A stretch of 64,000 nucleotides of DNA from the human T2T-CHM13v2.0 reference genome, Homo sapiens, in NCBI RefSeq assembly GCF_009914755.1, contig NC_060935.1; one strand, 5' to 3'. The position numbers and the translations under genes were made by a program. Under the pieces are notes generated by a model. The model ran no database searches and was not told where the DNA came from. It saw only the letters and a program-made list of their open reading frames with translations. Position 1 is the stretch's first letter. Each line of letters opens with the position of its first letter. Shown in pieces: positions 41,180-60,434 of this stretch.

Positions 41180-41580
41180 CACTAGGAACCTTAAAGAGTA
41201 AATCAACCGTGTTAGAATCATCTTCTTTTATCAAGCTTGGTAGCTCATGGATGTGGCAGGTAGTATTTCCGGACTTTATCTATACATTTGACAAGGCAGA
41301 GGGTTGGATAGGATGGATATTTGTATATTTAAGTGGAGTCAAAACTAGTTGAAGGAATCCAGTGGTACTGATAGGTGGAACAGTATTACCTTAGAGGGAG
41401 GGAGTGACTGTTAGATCTTATCCTTGGCCTTGGTTATTCAGTATTCTTATTCATGACTTGGATGAGAATATGAAGCTGGGCAAAATAATAGATCTGGTTC
41501 CAAATTGAACTGGATAAGGTAGAATAAGAAACCAAATGAAATAACTAGGCTCAATCTGCATACCCACCTTAAGTATTTGA
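41180..41580 (+). mobile_element. L3/CR1 LINE remnant
   Basis: ccttggccttggttattcagtattcttattcatgacttggatga...aagctggg resembles the CR1 RT region. Confidence 0.55.
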
Positions 41581-43151
41581 GGTACTGGAAGTGCTCGTTG
41601 CATGGAGTCTTGTTTGAACAAGGATACCTTTGACTTTTGGTAAGAATATAAAGGGGATATTGAAGTTGAGAAACCCTAGGAAACCAAGATTAAAAGTCAT
41701 TAACAAACAGGGGAGACAAAGAATACCCCAGGCTCTGGTAGTGGCTCTGGAGGAGGCAGGTGTGTTCCAGGAAGTAAGGCAACTCACTGTGCTGCAGAAA
41801 TAGCTCCCCTTGGAACCTGAAAGACAGGAGAGTGATGGCTTACGTATGGCTAGACTTGTAGCCTGCCTGGAGGCTAGGGGATGGCCGCTAGAGGACCCTC
41901 AATTTTCTTTCAGAGAGCCTGGAATAAACATATGAAGGACATGGCCACCACCCTGACCTAGTGACCCCCCTCCCTTGGGTGGAAATAGGATGTGTTAATC
42001 TGTCTTTGATCCCATCTCATCCCCATGTTCTGCTGCTCAGCCTTTCTGTGAGGAGCTATGATGGTAACTCTTCTTGTCAAACTATAGGCATCAGTATCAT
42101 ATGGTTTCTTTTTCTGGTGTCTTGACCTTCCCTTAACTTGGTGGCTCTACCTGGGTCCTTTTGGATTTCCACCAGCCCCATGTCCTTACTATGTCCAAGG
42201 ATCATGCCAGTCCTACCTCCTTCTCTGCTGTTTAAGGGCAACTTGCTGTGCACAGAGGGTCATTAGCCCTGGCATAACTCCCTTTTTTCCCTCTTTCTCT
42301 GACTCCCACATCCAGGGCTCCTCTGAGCCCACAGCACAACCTAGACAGAGGATGCAGGAGTAGCTGTCTCCTTCTTATAGTGCCCCTTTCAAGTCTTTTG
42401 TGCTGTGGCACAGAGCCCAGATCTGGTATACCAGGAACAATGTTAGTTCCAGAAATGCCTCTCTCCTGATTGGCTAAGTTTTTAGGATGTGGCTTTTGCT
42501 TTTTATCTTGTGGTGTCATTTCTTGTTTAACATTTAAATTTTGCTCTGGACAATGGGCATTCTTTGAACCCCAGCTGGTGGCTGGGGCCCTCGTGGTTCA
42601 CTGAATTGCTACCAGGTGTTCTCTGAAAATAGCTCTGCCCCTCAATTTCTGGTAGGTATAATGTCTCATCCATATGAATTTATTGATGCTATCCTGTTCT
42701 AGAGTCTCTGGATTTCACAGTAGCCTAGAAATGTTCTCCATAGATTGAGACTTCTGGACCTTTCCCTGATCTGTGCCAAGAATGGCCTGGTAGTCCAGGA
42801 TACCTAGTTCCTACAGTGACTTCAGTCCTACAGCCAGAACTGAGGCTTCTGGTGACATTGCTTTATATCCTTTATACCAGTCATCTCCATTTACCTACTG
42901 TGGAACTTTAGAATTGCTTACCCTGTATGACAGAAGCCACTACATCTTGGCATATGGGCTCATCCAGCCCAGAGATGGCTGGGGCATATTGAGAAGGCAC
43001 TAGTTCTCTCCTCTTCACTGCATCTTAAGAAAGTGTGATTTAATAAGCATCCTGTATTGCTGTAAGGCCTCTCATTTCAAAACAAAGCCTTGGCTAGCAG
43101 AGAGATAGACATAGAGCTTACTGTAATAGTGTATGGCAAGTGTGTATCTAA

Positions 43152-43502
<351 letters not shown>

Positions 43503-44591
43503 AGTTCTTGGGAACCTCCTATTTCCACCTGGGTGTGAGCCACTTGGCCCCTGAGACCTTGTCAGCATGGCAGCCCAGGCTGCATCATCCTTCCAAAACT
43601 GCATTGCAAGTTTAGGTTGCTGATATTCCAATTGCTATTGGGCAGTTATTCCTCCTGGGGAGAAACTTGTTTCTATCTTTTTTGCCTCTTAGCTTCAGAG
43701 GGAGAAATGTGTAGCTGCCAGAGGTCTTGAGCTTCCCATTGCTTGTTATGGGGTCATTCTTCCTTCTGCCTGTCTCTGGACTGCTTCTCCTAGCATATAA
43801 ATAGATGTAATGAACTGTTCTTTACTGTTCCCCAAAGAAACCTCAAAACCTTCCTTCTTACTGTCCTTAGTTCTTTCTTATAAGGAGTCTAAATCTCATA
43901 AACACTAACTTGCTATATAACTTTGGATAAATTTCTTTCCCTCCCAGGATTTATTTCCTCATTGGTAATATGAAGGGATTGACCTTGGAGAATGCTAAAC
44001 TCTCCTAGGAGAACACTTCCAACTCAGATGGTCTGGGATTCTGTTAAAATAAAATGTGACTTCAAAACTATGGCAGAAGATTTAACTGTGAAAAGAGAGT
44101 GCCCGTCAGTCAGTCAGTCAGTCCTGACGTCTAGGAACCAGTTCTGTGATGGCAGTTATGAGAAATTCACTGGTCCTGAGGAAAAAAAACTTACACACCC
44201 ACAAGAAGCAGCAGTGAGAGCACACTTAATGCAGACTTAGTTCCAGACTCAGCTTATAGGATAAGAATGCTAATGTCTAGAAAGACAAAGAGGTGGATGA
44301 GTGGATGTGGGACTCTGAGGAGGTAGCCTTTAAAGATGGGTAGCGAGGTCCTAGGTGTTAAGGTTGAGTGTATAGGGTGGGGTCAGATCCCTGGAACCTT
44401 AAGATGCATGTGGGGAAGTTAGTAGGATGCAGAAGGCAATAGAGAGTCAAATCAGGTTTTTTTGGTTGTTTTGTTTTCGAGAAGAGGAGAGGTCTATTCA
44501 AGACTGTCTTTTAGAAAATGATTCTGGAAGCCTAGGGACTCTAGTTGGGAAGTCTTTGCAGGAATTCATGTAAAAGGAAATGAAGTCTTGT

Positions 44592-44902
44592 CTTTTCATT
44601 TATTTCTATTTATTATTATTATTATTATTTTGACTCTGGGTCTTGCTCTGTTGCCCAGGCTGAAGTTCAATAGCATGAACATGGCTCACTGCAGCCTCCA
44701 CCCCCTGGGCTCAAGAGATCCTCCTGCTTCAGCCTCCTGTGTAGCTGGGTGCATGCCACCATGCCTGGCTAATTTTTTTATTTTTTGTAGAGACAGGGGT
44801 CTTGCTGTGTTGCCCAGGCTTTTCCTGAACTCCTGGACTCAAGAGGTCTACCTCAGCCTCCCAAAGTGCTGGGATTACAGGCCTGAGCCACTGTGCCCAG
44901 CC
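44592..44902 (-). mobile_element. AluJ
   Basis: Antisense Alu with (att)n head. Confidence 0.9.
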
Positions 44903-46102
44903 ATTGTGTTATTTTTAAATGGTAAACACTATTTAATTTGGAGGGGTAGGGACAAGACTTCTTGTGAGCCAGGTATTGTTAAATACTTAAATGCATTATT
45001 ACTTTTAATCACTATGGCCCTTTGAAGTAGGTACTATTAGAGTTGGGGAAATGAAGGCTCAGAGAGGGTAAGTGCTTTGTTCAGGGTCATATATCAGTAA
45101 GTAGTGAACTAGGAATTTTGACACTCCAGGGTGCTGCCTCTACTGAGGTAGCAGACTTATTGGATTTATTTCCATGGGCTGGGCTTCTAGGGAGCAAGAG
45201 GGGTCTGATCTCTAAGCTGATTCCTGGCTACTTTGCTGGGCCCCTTGTTCTTGGGCCCTTTGCCAATTAGGAGCTAACTGCTGCTGTCTGAGCAGTCCCC
45301 ATACCTCATTTGTTTGAAAAACATGTACTGTTTCCATTCCAAAGGCAAAAGAATCTAGGCAGGAGACATTCCAAGTTTGGGGATAAAACTAAGCTCCCAG
45401 CACTCCCTGCTCCCTAAAGCTTCCAGAGCTAAATGACCACTGTGGCACTTAGAAAGAGACAAAGACACCCCTCCCCTTTTCCCCCTAGAGATAGGCTTGC
45501 ACACATGCACACATATATCCTCCTCTGAGTGTCCAGAGCCCACATGCCACCTGGTTCCTCCTTGTATTAACAGACCTGCAATGCCAGCTTTCACAGAGCT
45601 TTATTACAGAGTTCCTGATAATTTATGTGAATAAATATAATTCTACATATACAGTCCAGTTAGGATTTCATTGAGTTTCAAGATAATTATTTGAGGCAGG
45701 CAGGAATTTTGATTCCCAAAACAGGCAAAACTTGCTCATAGTCACACAACTGCTTAGAGCCAGGACTAATTGCAATGCTAATTGTTGTTGCCTTGGAGTG
45801 GGGCAGTGCTTAATTGTATACTTATTTGCTCATTTCTACACCCAACAATGATTATTGTTCTCCATCTCTAACAGACCTTATTGGAACTATGAAAGGGTGT
45901 CAGTCTTGATTCTACTTTAAAGGAGCTCGCTATTATTATAAAGGACAGACATATCATAGTATTGGCTTTTCTCAAGAGGCTGTTTTCATAAAAGGACAGT
46001 ATTTCAGTGAAGAAGTGAATCCTTAATGGTGTAACTTTATATAGTTGGGTCATGGAAGAGTACAGTAAAGGAGGATATTCAGCAAGGGAAGGAGATGGCA
46101 GG

Positions 46103-46157
46103 AAATGGCGCCTCTGATTTGTCTTTGCCTATGCATATATCGCCATCTGGTGTTCAT
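46103..46157. promoter_or_regulatory. Candidate CTCF site (minus strand) with adjacent YY1-like motif
   Basis: Minus strand reads TGAACACCAGATGGCGATA, a close match to the CTCF core; AAATGGCG at 46103-46110; CpGs retained. Motif evidence only. Confidence 0.5.
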
Positions 46158-47702
46158 TTTCAGGGGGTTCAACTCCCTTTCTCTTCAGGGACAAATTAGG
46201 CAGATCACAATTTGCGGGAAGCTTGCAGCCTAACATTTCCTCTTCTTACCTCCTTGCTTGTTCCATGATGTCTTTTGAAGTCTCCGCCACTGATAGCTCT
46301 GGACTTAGAGGTTTTTTTTTTTTTTTTTTTTTTTTACAGATTGAGTTCTGTTTGTTTCATCTACTTAATTATCTCAGTGGTCAGTGTTCTCTAGGGGTCC
46401 TTCTTGTTCTGTAGTCTATCCTTTCTTTTCTATACCTCAAGTCTAAGCTATATATCTTATCTCTTCTTCACCATCCTTTCTCCTTCCTAATCTGGTCCCC
46501 TGGTAACCTGGTGGTTTTTACTTAGAAAGGAAGACCAGACAGTAAAGTCCGTTTTCTCTTCCAAAGGGATTAGCAAACTCTCAGTCTTTGTTCTGGGTGT
46601 AGCCCAAGTCTCTCTTTCTTTCCCTGACTCCTTTCAGGCAGAGCTGATGACTCCATCTTTTGGGAAGACCCAAGACCTTATATATCTATATCTATCTCTT
46701 TCTATTATAGAATTTGTCACACTGAATACAGTTATCTGTCTACTTGTCTTTGTTGGAGTAAATCATGAGCTCCTCAGTGGCACGGAGAGCTTTCTGATTT
46801 ATCGCCACGTATTTAGGGCTTAGCACAGGGCTTGGCACTTAGTAGGCACTTGAAAGAACTCGGTGAATGAATAGATGAATGAATGAGTGTATTAACATAG
46901 ATAGCCGTGTGGAGGAAAGAAGTGAAGAAGCGGGAAGGCTTGTTTAGCTGGATGGAAAGTTTTGTCGGTGAACTGAGGGAATGTGTGTGACGGTGCAAGG
47001 GTAGACTTACATTATAACTCATGCCCTTGAGATCTTATCCACTAAGGAAGATACTTAGGAAAGGAACTCAGGGCCTGGGGGCAGCAGGGGACTCTCCTGA
47101 GTCCTTTGGCATAAATTTAATTTGTTTTGTGCTTCTGGGAACAGAAGCTCAGGAGTCCAAGAGGACTCCTAGCTCAATAGTTCCTTCCTCATCTTCCCTA
47201 ATCCACCCCTCTGCTACCACCCCAGTCATTTCTCAGCCATTAGGTTTTCCCTGGATCTTTTTGTCAAGCTTGCAGGGTATTCTACATTCATTGAACTTTC
47301 TAGATACCACTACATAAGAGGAATAATTGTGGCATTTGAAGTCACACAGATTGGAATTCTAGCCTCAGTTCTTCCTACAAGTTGCAAGACTCTGTATCTG
47401 CCTGTCCCAGGCTGATAATGATACCAATATATCATTATCTGCTGGGAGGACAAATGGGAAATACCTTGTAAACTGGTACTTGTTATGATTTTAGTATGAG
47501 ATAGTTTCGAGGAGGGATTCAGATGCCTGAGAGCCTGGCTTCATAGCCTTGATTACTGGCAGCAAAATGATGGTCAGTGTGTGAATTAGGTAATGACTGT
47601 GGTTTCTATGGGCCTTGAGCTAGCTCAGAGCCAGACACACAGCAGAGCAGGGAGAATATATGCTGAGAGTTGGAGCTGTCATTTTCCTCTTTGATGCCAT
47701 GA

Positions 47703-47975
<273 letters not shown>

Positions 47976-48082
47976 TGACGGGTGGGTAAAGGGCAGGGGC
48001 CCAGGGTCTGGCTAGAAAGTTACATGTGTGAGGAATTTGAAATATGATCCAAAGACTATGTTCTAGAGTCACTGGACTCTTA

Positions 48083-48499
<417 letters not shown>

Positions 48500-48504
48500 T
48501 TATT

Positions 48505-51500
<2,996 letters not shown>

Positions 51501-51826
51501 TAGTAAAACTTGGTGTAGCTTTCATTTGTCCCAGTTTCTCAGGTATGTCCCTCCCTGACTTTTAAATGGAAAGCTGTTAAATTTCTTTCTCTTCAGCCCT
51601 GAAAGACTGTGAGAGATGCAGTTCTGCCACTTCGTAGGCTGTTTTCTTTGTGCCCCAGTGGAGATCTTCTACATGGGTCCAGCCCAATTTTCGGCTGTCA
51701 TCTAAAATCATCAATGTCTCCCAGGAAGAAAATGACTGGCAATTGACAAATCATCTTAGAAAGGCTTTTTTTCTCTCTGACTTTTGGTTTATCTAGTCTA
51801 GTGGTTTTCACACTTTTTGTTCTTAG

Positions 51827-52133
<307 letters not shown>

Positions 52134-52276
52134 CGAGGACCCTTTACTCTTAAAAACTATTTAGGACCTCAAAGAACATTTTGATAGGGGGTAATACTGT
52201 TGATATTTAACCTATTAGAAATTAAAACTGAGAACATTAAAAAATATTTATTAATTCATTTAAAATAACTATATAG

Positions 52277-52867
<591 letters not shown>

Positions 52868-53067
52868 TCAAACCCCTTAGATGTTAACACAACATATTTT
52901 CTAAATTTTTCAAAATAAAAACAATTTTGAAAACACAATTTTCATAAAATGCATACAGCTTTCTCCAGATGTTGTGTTGGATCAGAATTGTTTTTCTCCC
53001 ATGACCTACCATATCCTACTGGGAAGTGGAAGTCAGGTGATAACACTTTATTTAAAACATATAGATA

Positions 53068-53626
<559 letters not shown>

Positions 53627-53732
53627 TCAGACATTTATTACTGTGCATGGCATGATATGTCTCTTTCTGTCTGTCTGTCTTCCATCTTCCCTATTCCTTA
53701 TTTTGTAGTTATTTCTCTCTTTAACCAAACAG

Positions 53733-54030
<298 letters not shown>

Positions 54031-55448
54031 CCCAACAGTTTTTGAGCCTTGTAGGCCTGCCCCTTTGTATGCCTCCCTGACTATCATGCTTCTATTTGCT
54101 CTCTTTTTTTCTCTTCTTCATCCATTCTTCCCTTCTTAGCTTATCCCATTCCTTAAACTGCTTTTAATATAGAACTTGATCATAAATTTTCAGACTTGGT
54201 ATATTAGTCTCTAAGGTATCTAGTCTTCATTTAGAGCTATAAAACCAGGAATGGGCTATTTTTAGGTTTTTTTTTTCAGGGAACAGAAACCAAGTGAAGA
54301 TTGGCACTCTCATTGCCTCTTAAAGGAATAAAGGTGTTCTGTCCCTAGCTGAGGCCCTCCTGGCCTATCTTAGCTGTGGAGAGGACCTCAGGCTTGCTAT
54401 GGGATGTTTACCTCATTGGCTGAAGCTGGGGATAATAAGACTGCTTTCAGTGCATCTTCTCTGGGATTCTGTTCAGGTAGGAGAATTGGAGATCACTTAT
54501 GCTGGTAGCTTGGATGAGACAGCAAGAAACTCAGTGTACATAATGTCTGTACGTACTTTCAAGTCTTTTACACTTTAGTGCTTTGTGACTGCCTCATTGT
54601 GTGCTCCCTGCAGAGAAGTCGGTTATTTCTACTTATACATTGGTCCTCTCATGTCTTGGCTTCTGTTGGCAATGCCTGTGTTAGGTGTGGGCATGCTCAT
54701 TATCTTCCCACCTTTTACAGAGTTCTTTTCAAAGCCCACTTGCTCTACTCCCTGAGAGAATCATAGACGCAGTCTCTGGGCTAGAGAAGACTTTGGAGAG
54801 CATTCAGGACAATGCCCTTCTGAAGTACCAATCATTTTTCAGGTCTCTCTGACATGAGCTCTTCACATAACTCCCATGACAGGGAACTCATTCTCTCCTG
54901 AGATCACCCCTTCACTGATAGTTTGGATTTGCATGGGAGAAAGTCCTTCCTCACACTGAATTAAGAGCCGGTTTAGGAAGCACAGGGTCACACAACCAGT
55001 TAAGCGACAGACCAGGGACCAGAACTAGATTTTCAGATTCCTGACCAGTGCTTTTTCTGTCACACTGTGATGTCTTGAAGTCTAAGCACAGACCCTGACT
55101 CTTGGTAAGATGATTCACTAGCTGACCTGTTCCTGAAGAGATCAGGGAAGACTGCTGGAACTTGCTGCATGACCAGGAAAGTAAGCTGATGTGATAGAAA
55201 AGAATGCCTTTGTCTGGGAACAGAAACATCTCAATTTGGGTTCTGGTTGACACTGTTGACCTTGAGTAGGTTAATTTTCTTCGCTGAGCTTGCTTTCTTC
55301 TATATAAAATACGGAAAATAATCCTTACCTTTTCTCCTTCCTGGGAGAGTTGTAAAGCAGATAAGAAGTCTGAGTTCTGAAGCATCATACAGAGATGTTG
55401 GAGAGTCTTAGTAGCAGTAAATGAACTCACATCCTTTTGGCTGCCTAG

Positions 55449-55718
<270 letters not shown>

Positions 55719-56053
55719 TGAAGAGATATCCTGGTGGTGGGTTCTGTTTCTTTCCTAATGTTCAGCTCCTGACAGTGTCCTCAGGCTTCTGGAGGAGGGA
55801 ATGAGGGTGTAGGGGCATTCCTGCCTGTCTTCTGGGAAAGATGAAACAAGTGGAGGCAGGCAGAGGGAAAGCTCTGCCAGCCCCAGGCTGCCATGGGGAC
55901 AGAGGTCCTCCTGGGGCAAAAGGGCTATCAAGGACCCCTTTGCTTCTCCCCTCGCTTTCTCTATTTTGTCCCCCTCCTTTTTCTTCTACCTTGCCTGCCT
56001 TTCTCTTTTTCCTCTTTCTCTTCCCTTTCCTTGTACAGCCTCAGTTGTGCTAG

Positions 56054-56248
<195 letters not shown>

Positions 56249-56255
56249 TAAGTAA

Positions 56256-56768
<513 letters not shown>

Positions 56769-57937
56769 TGACCTCTTTGGGGGGATGAAGGAAGGAGCCT
56801 TTGATGTACAGGTTGAGAAGTCTGTGGCCTCTGTTGTGCTTAAACAGCAGATGGGGCAGATACCCAGGAAGATAGTTCAACTCATGACCTTGGTCAATAA
56901 AGCACAATTTACTCAGGTTATTTCTTTATAGTTGTCCTTTTGGTGTTCTTTCCTTGTTGTATGCTCTGTGTGCCCCTTTGGGTCTATTGTGCTAAGTGTG
57001 TCTCCCTTCATTCTTTTTCACTTTATTGTCCCTAACTACCACTCTATCTACCTTTATAAAAAATATGTCCTTTAGTGAATTTCAATGTAAAAATGGCATT
57101 TATTCTATTTATTGAACTTATTTATTTTGATTTTTGTTCCTTATTCTTATTGCTAAAGTAGATGAATGGAATGATGTTTCTTTTTGTGTTTTTGTGAGAG
57201 GCCCTATAAAGAAATAGTCCCTTAAAGTGATATAGTCCTAAATCCTCTAAGCTGGAAAGGCATTCTTGCCCAGGAGGGATCTCCTGCACAAGCATGTCTG
57301 GCTTTCCCCCTGGACTCTTGGATCCTACCCCCTCTTCCTCTGTCCTGGATCTTCCCTCTCCCTTTTCTCCCCTGCAAGTGATGAGAGTTGAGTAGAGCAG
57401 AGCCAAAAGGAACAACACTGGAATTCTTCAGTGAATGAAGGGAGTTTTCCCTTACTGGCCCACAATTGAATTTTTCTTTGGATCAGAAGCTATTTTAAGT
57501 AAGTAGAATAGCCCTTATGGTAAAGCTATTGTCCTAGGCCCATATTCTGCCAGTTCAGCGGGAGGGCAGAAGGCCGGGGCTGGGTTAGGGGCTTACTTTC
57601 AGATTCTTTAATCAGGCTGGATTCCCACTCGAGACAGAATTTATTTGTAATTTTATCAATAATACTTTGCCCCTGGCCAAGCCTCTTTGTTCTTCTAATC
57701 TGATAACTCGTTAGGCCTTTAATCAAAGGCTTAACAAGGACAGGATCACTGACAGGCAGAGCTTGATCCTGACTTGCTGATCTGAAGGCTTCTGTGTTCT
57801 CCAGGCTGGGAGGGACCTTAATTAGCTCTGAGCTACCCAATCCCTGCCCCCAGCCCTTCCTTTATTACATTGATGGCAGGCCGAAGCCCTCCATAAATCA
57901 GATTCTCTTCTCCTTTTGGCCTGGCTGTTGACCCTAG

Positions 57938-58030
57938 ATGCTGCCTGGCTGATGGGGCGTAGGTTCAGTGACCGCTCTCTCTGCTCTACATCCGCCGGCT
58001 CGGATGATCAGTCCCTCTGGAAATACCCCG
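57938..58030 (+). CDS. STIM1: STIM1 alternative cassette exon A (STIM1A / STIM1beta, +31 aa)
   Basis: accctag|ATGCTGCC...TACCCCG|gtttga; 93 nt, phase 1 to 1, no stop; (Y)AAWLMGRRFSDRSLCSTSAGSDDQSLWKYP(A); CpG-rich relative to the intron; matches the described STIM1A insert; weak donor. Confidence 0.92.
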
Positions 58031-59741
58031 GTTTGAGGAGCCCCTTTGGGGCATTTTGTTTTTCTGACTTTCGGGACTAAATCAACACTCTTACCCCATG
58101 GGTCCCTTCTCCTGCCTGCTTCACGCCCCTGCCTGCTCCCTCTATCCCCTCAGCACTGTCCCTACTAACTACAGGGAGGGGTTCGGGGGTGAGAAGAATC
58201 AGCTTGCTTGGCAAGAGCTGGACAGAGAACACCCATGGTAATGGAAGGCTTAGGCTTCTCCCTTTAGCGCAGCTGTGCAGGTAACCTGGTAGCCCTTCTT
58301 CCATCTGGGCTGGGAGGGAAAGAGGGAAGGACAAATGACCCCTTTCTTTTCTCTTTTTCATGTTTCTCCCTTTTCTTCCCAGTTTCCCCCTTCTTTCTCC
58401 CCCTTCCCCTCCCTATTCCAGACTTCCTCATCCTCTTCAGCCTCTCTTTCATACCTTGAAAGCTACCAGCATAGAAGCCCTACCTCCTGAACTCTCCATC
58501 ACTATGGAATTATGCTGTCTCCCTGGTGGTCCTTCCAAGGCTTCGCTCACCCTTGTAACCTGGCCCTTTCTCTCATCTTTAGGTAGAATGCAGGGAAGCT
58601 TATCTATCAGGCTAGAGGAGAAAGAATAAAGGTCTGCACTCTCTTTTAGCTGGGAGTGAGCCCAAAGGGGGATGCACTAGCATATTCCTAAGTTACTTGG
58701 TGCCCATGTATCCCTTCACTGGGCATAGTGGCCATTATCTCCAGGACCCCGATTTGCAGCCTGATCCAAGAGCTGGTTCTTTGTTGTTTATGTGCTTATT
58801 GGAAAGCGAAAAAGAGTGAACATTAGCATAAAAAGCATCCATAGTCCCACCATATTTGAGCACCTTCTCTATCACTCTTTTCTGTGAAATTTTTTATGTG
58901 GTTAAGATAATGATAGCCACTGCCACTTATTGAGTGCCATGACCTGTTTCAGGTGCCTTAAAGACATTATTGTGAAGTCTCAGAAGAACCCTGCAGGATT
59001 TTAGAAATTAGGAATTAAAATGGGGAAGTCAGCTGCTCAAGGTCACAGCTAGAAGTGAAAGTCCTGGTTTCAACCTCTAGTGTTTGGTATTCCAAAGCTC
59101 AAGGCTAGTACCTATAATTCTGTATCCTTTTTCCCCTCTGAACATTTTAATAGGCATTTTTCCATTTTCTTCAAGTCTTTTTATAAGCATCATTTTTAAT
59201 AGCTCTATAGTCTCCCAGAAACTGGATATGTTATCATTTTCCCATTGTTCATTATTTATGTTTACTTTCATACAACTATTAATAAAAAGTAAACAATTAT
59301 GTTTACTTCTCATTTAATTATTAATAATGATGAACATGTTTATGTATAAGTCCTTGTCTATGCTGTGAATTATTTCCTGAGGTTGGCTTTCTGAAAAGGC
59401 TGGTTCTTAGTGCTCTCCCGGACCTTATCCCAAGCCCCTATCCTACCCTTCCTTGCTTGTGTCTACCCACTAACTGCCTTGCCACTTCCCTTTATAGTGA
59501 TATTGCCCATAGGTCTCCTTCTATTGGAATTGCCACTAAAACTGACCTGGGCACTTCATCTTCAATTTCCCATCCTTTTAGGACCCCTGGTGGGAGGTTT
59601 CTGGGAGGAGGTGCCCCATTCTCCAGATTGGCATTAGAGGCCCAGGGTGGTCTCCAGCAAGCATTTATTCATGGGCACCTCCTTACCTGCCAGCCCAAAG
59701 TGGGCTGGCCCCTCCTGACACTTTCTTTATTCTCCTTGCAG

Positions 59742-59808
59742 CCCCTAGCCTGCAGAGCAGTGTTCGGCAGCGCCTGACGGAGCCACAGCATGGCCTGGGA
59801 TCTCAGAG
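59742..59808 (+). CDS. STIM1: STIM1 exon 11, short form
   Basis: ccttgcag|CCCCTAGC...CAGAG|gttggt; 67 nt, phase 1 to 2; (S)PSLQSSVRQRLTEPQHGLGSQ(R). Confidence 0.97.
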
Positions 59809-60126
59809 GTTGGTAGAGGGCGAGGCTGGCCACTTCTTGACAAGCCGGGTATCTCTGCGGCGAATGCGCAGCCTTTCATCTGGACAGTCTTTCAGTTCTG
59901 AAGGCTACGGGACCAGCTCTCCATCTGCCTCTGCTGCTGCTTCTTGCTCCTCTTCCATCACCACCATCACCACTACCACCACCACCACCACCACCTTCAC
60001 CACCGTCCATGTCCACCCTGTTTATTACCACCACAGCACTTCCTATTTCCTCCAGATGGAGCCCTACCCTGACACACCCCCTTCTGACAGCACCGCTGTG
60101 ATGCCTGGGCATTCAGAGAGCTTGGG
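59809..60126 (+). CDS. STIM1: STIM1L exon 11 extension (+106 aa, muscle isoform, actin-interacting segment)
   Basis: Open in-frame continuation LVEGEAGHFLTSRVSLRRMRSLSSG...PGHSESLG ending at TTGGG|gtatca; exactly 318 nt, phase preserved. Confidence 0.93.
59957..60004 (+). repeat. STIM1: Coding (ACC)n repeat, poly-Thr of STIM1L
   Basis: ATC ACC ACC ATC ACC ACT (ACC)7 TTC ACC ACC encodes ITTITTTTTTTTTFTT. Confidence 0.95.
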
Positions 60127-60434
60127 GTATCAGCTGTCTCTCTTTTCTTTCTTCCCTTCCTTCCCTTTCTGCTGCTTTTACCTTGGTTTCTGCCTGCCAG
60201 CTGCTGCTTGATCAACTCTGGGGGTGTGTGCAGTGGGGAATCTTCTTATCCTGTTTGTTCCCAGCTCTGGGATTCCTTTTTAAGGTCAGCCTACTTTCTC
60301 CCCTTCTGTGTTTGGGGTTTGCTGACTCTAAAAATGAGTAACGACTTTCTTCCCTCATGACCCTATAGCACTTTTGCCTAAACTATGCACTTTCACATTA
60401 GTTATCTCACTTGGGCCCTCACTTCCTTTACTCC

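Noticed and set aside
39790-41900. Two further CTCF-like motifs (ctaccagatggtga near 39793; ggccgctagaggac near 41883)
   Set aside because: Mismatches at core positions make motif-only evidence too weak.
60127-60211. Hydrophobic read-through tail after the STIM1L donor
   Set aside because: Explained by a pyrimidine-rich intron start; no nearby canonical poly(A) signal seen.
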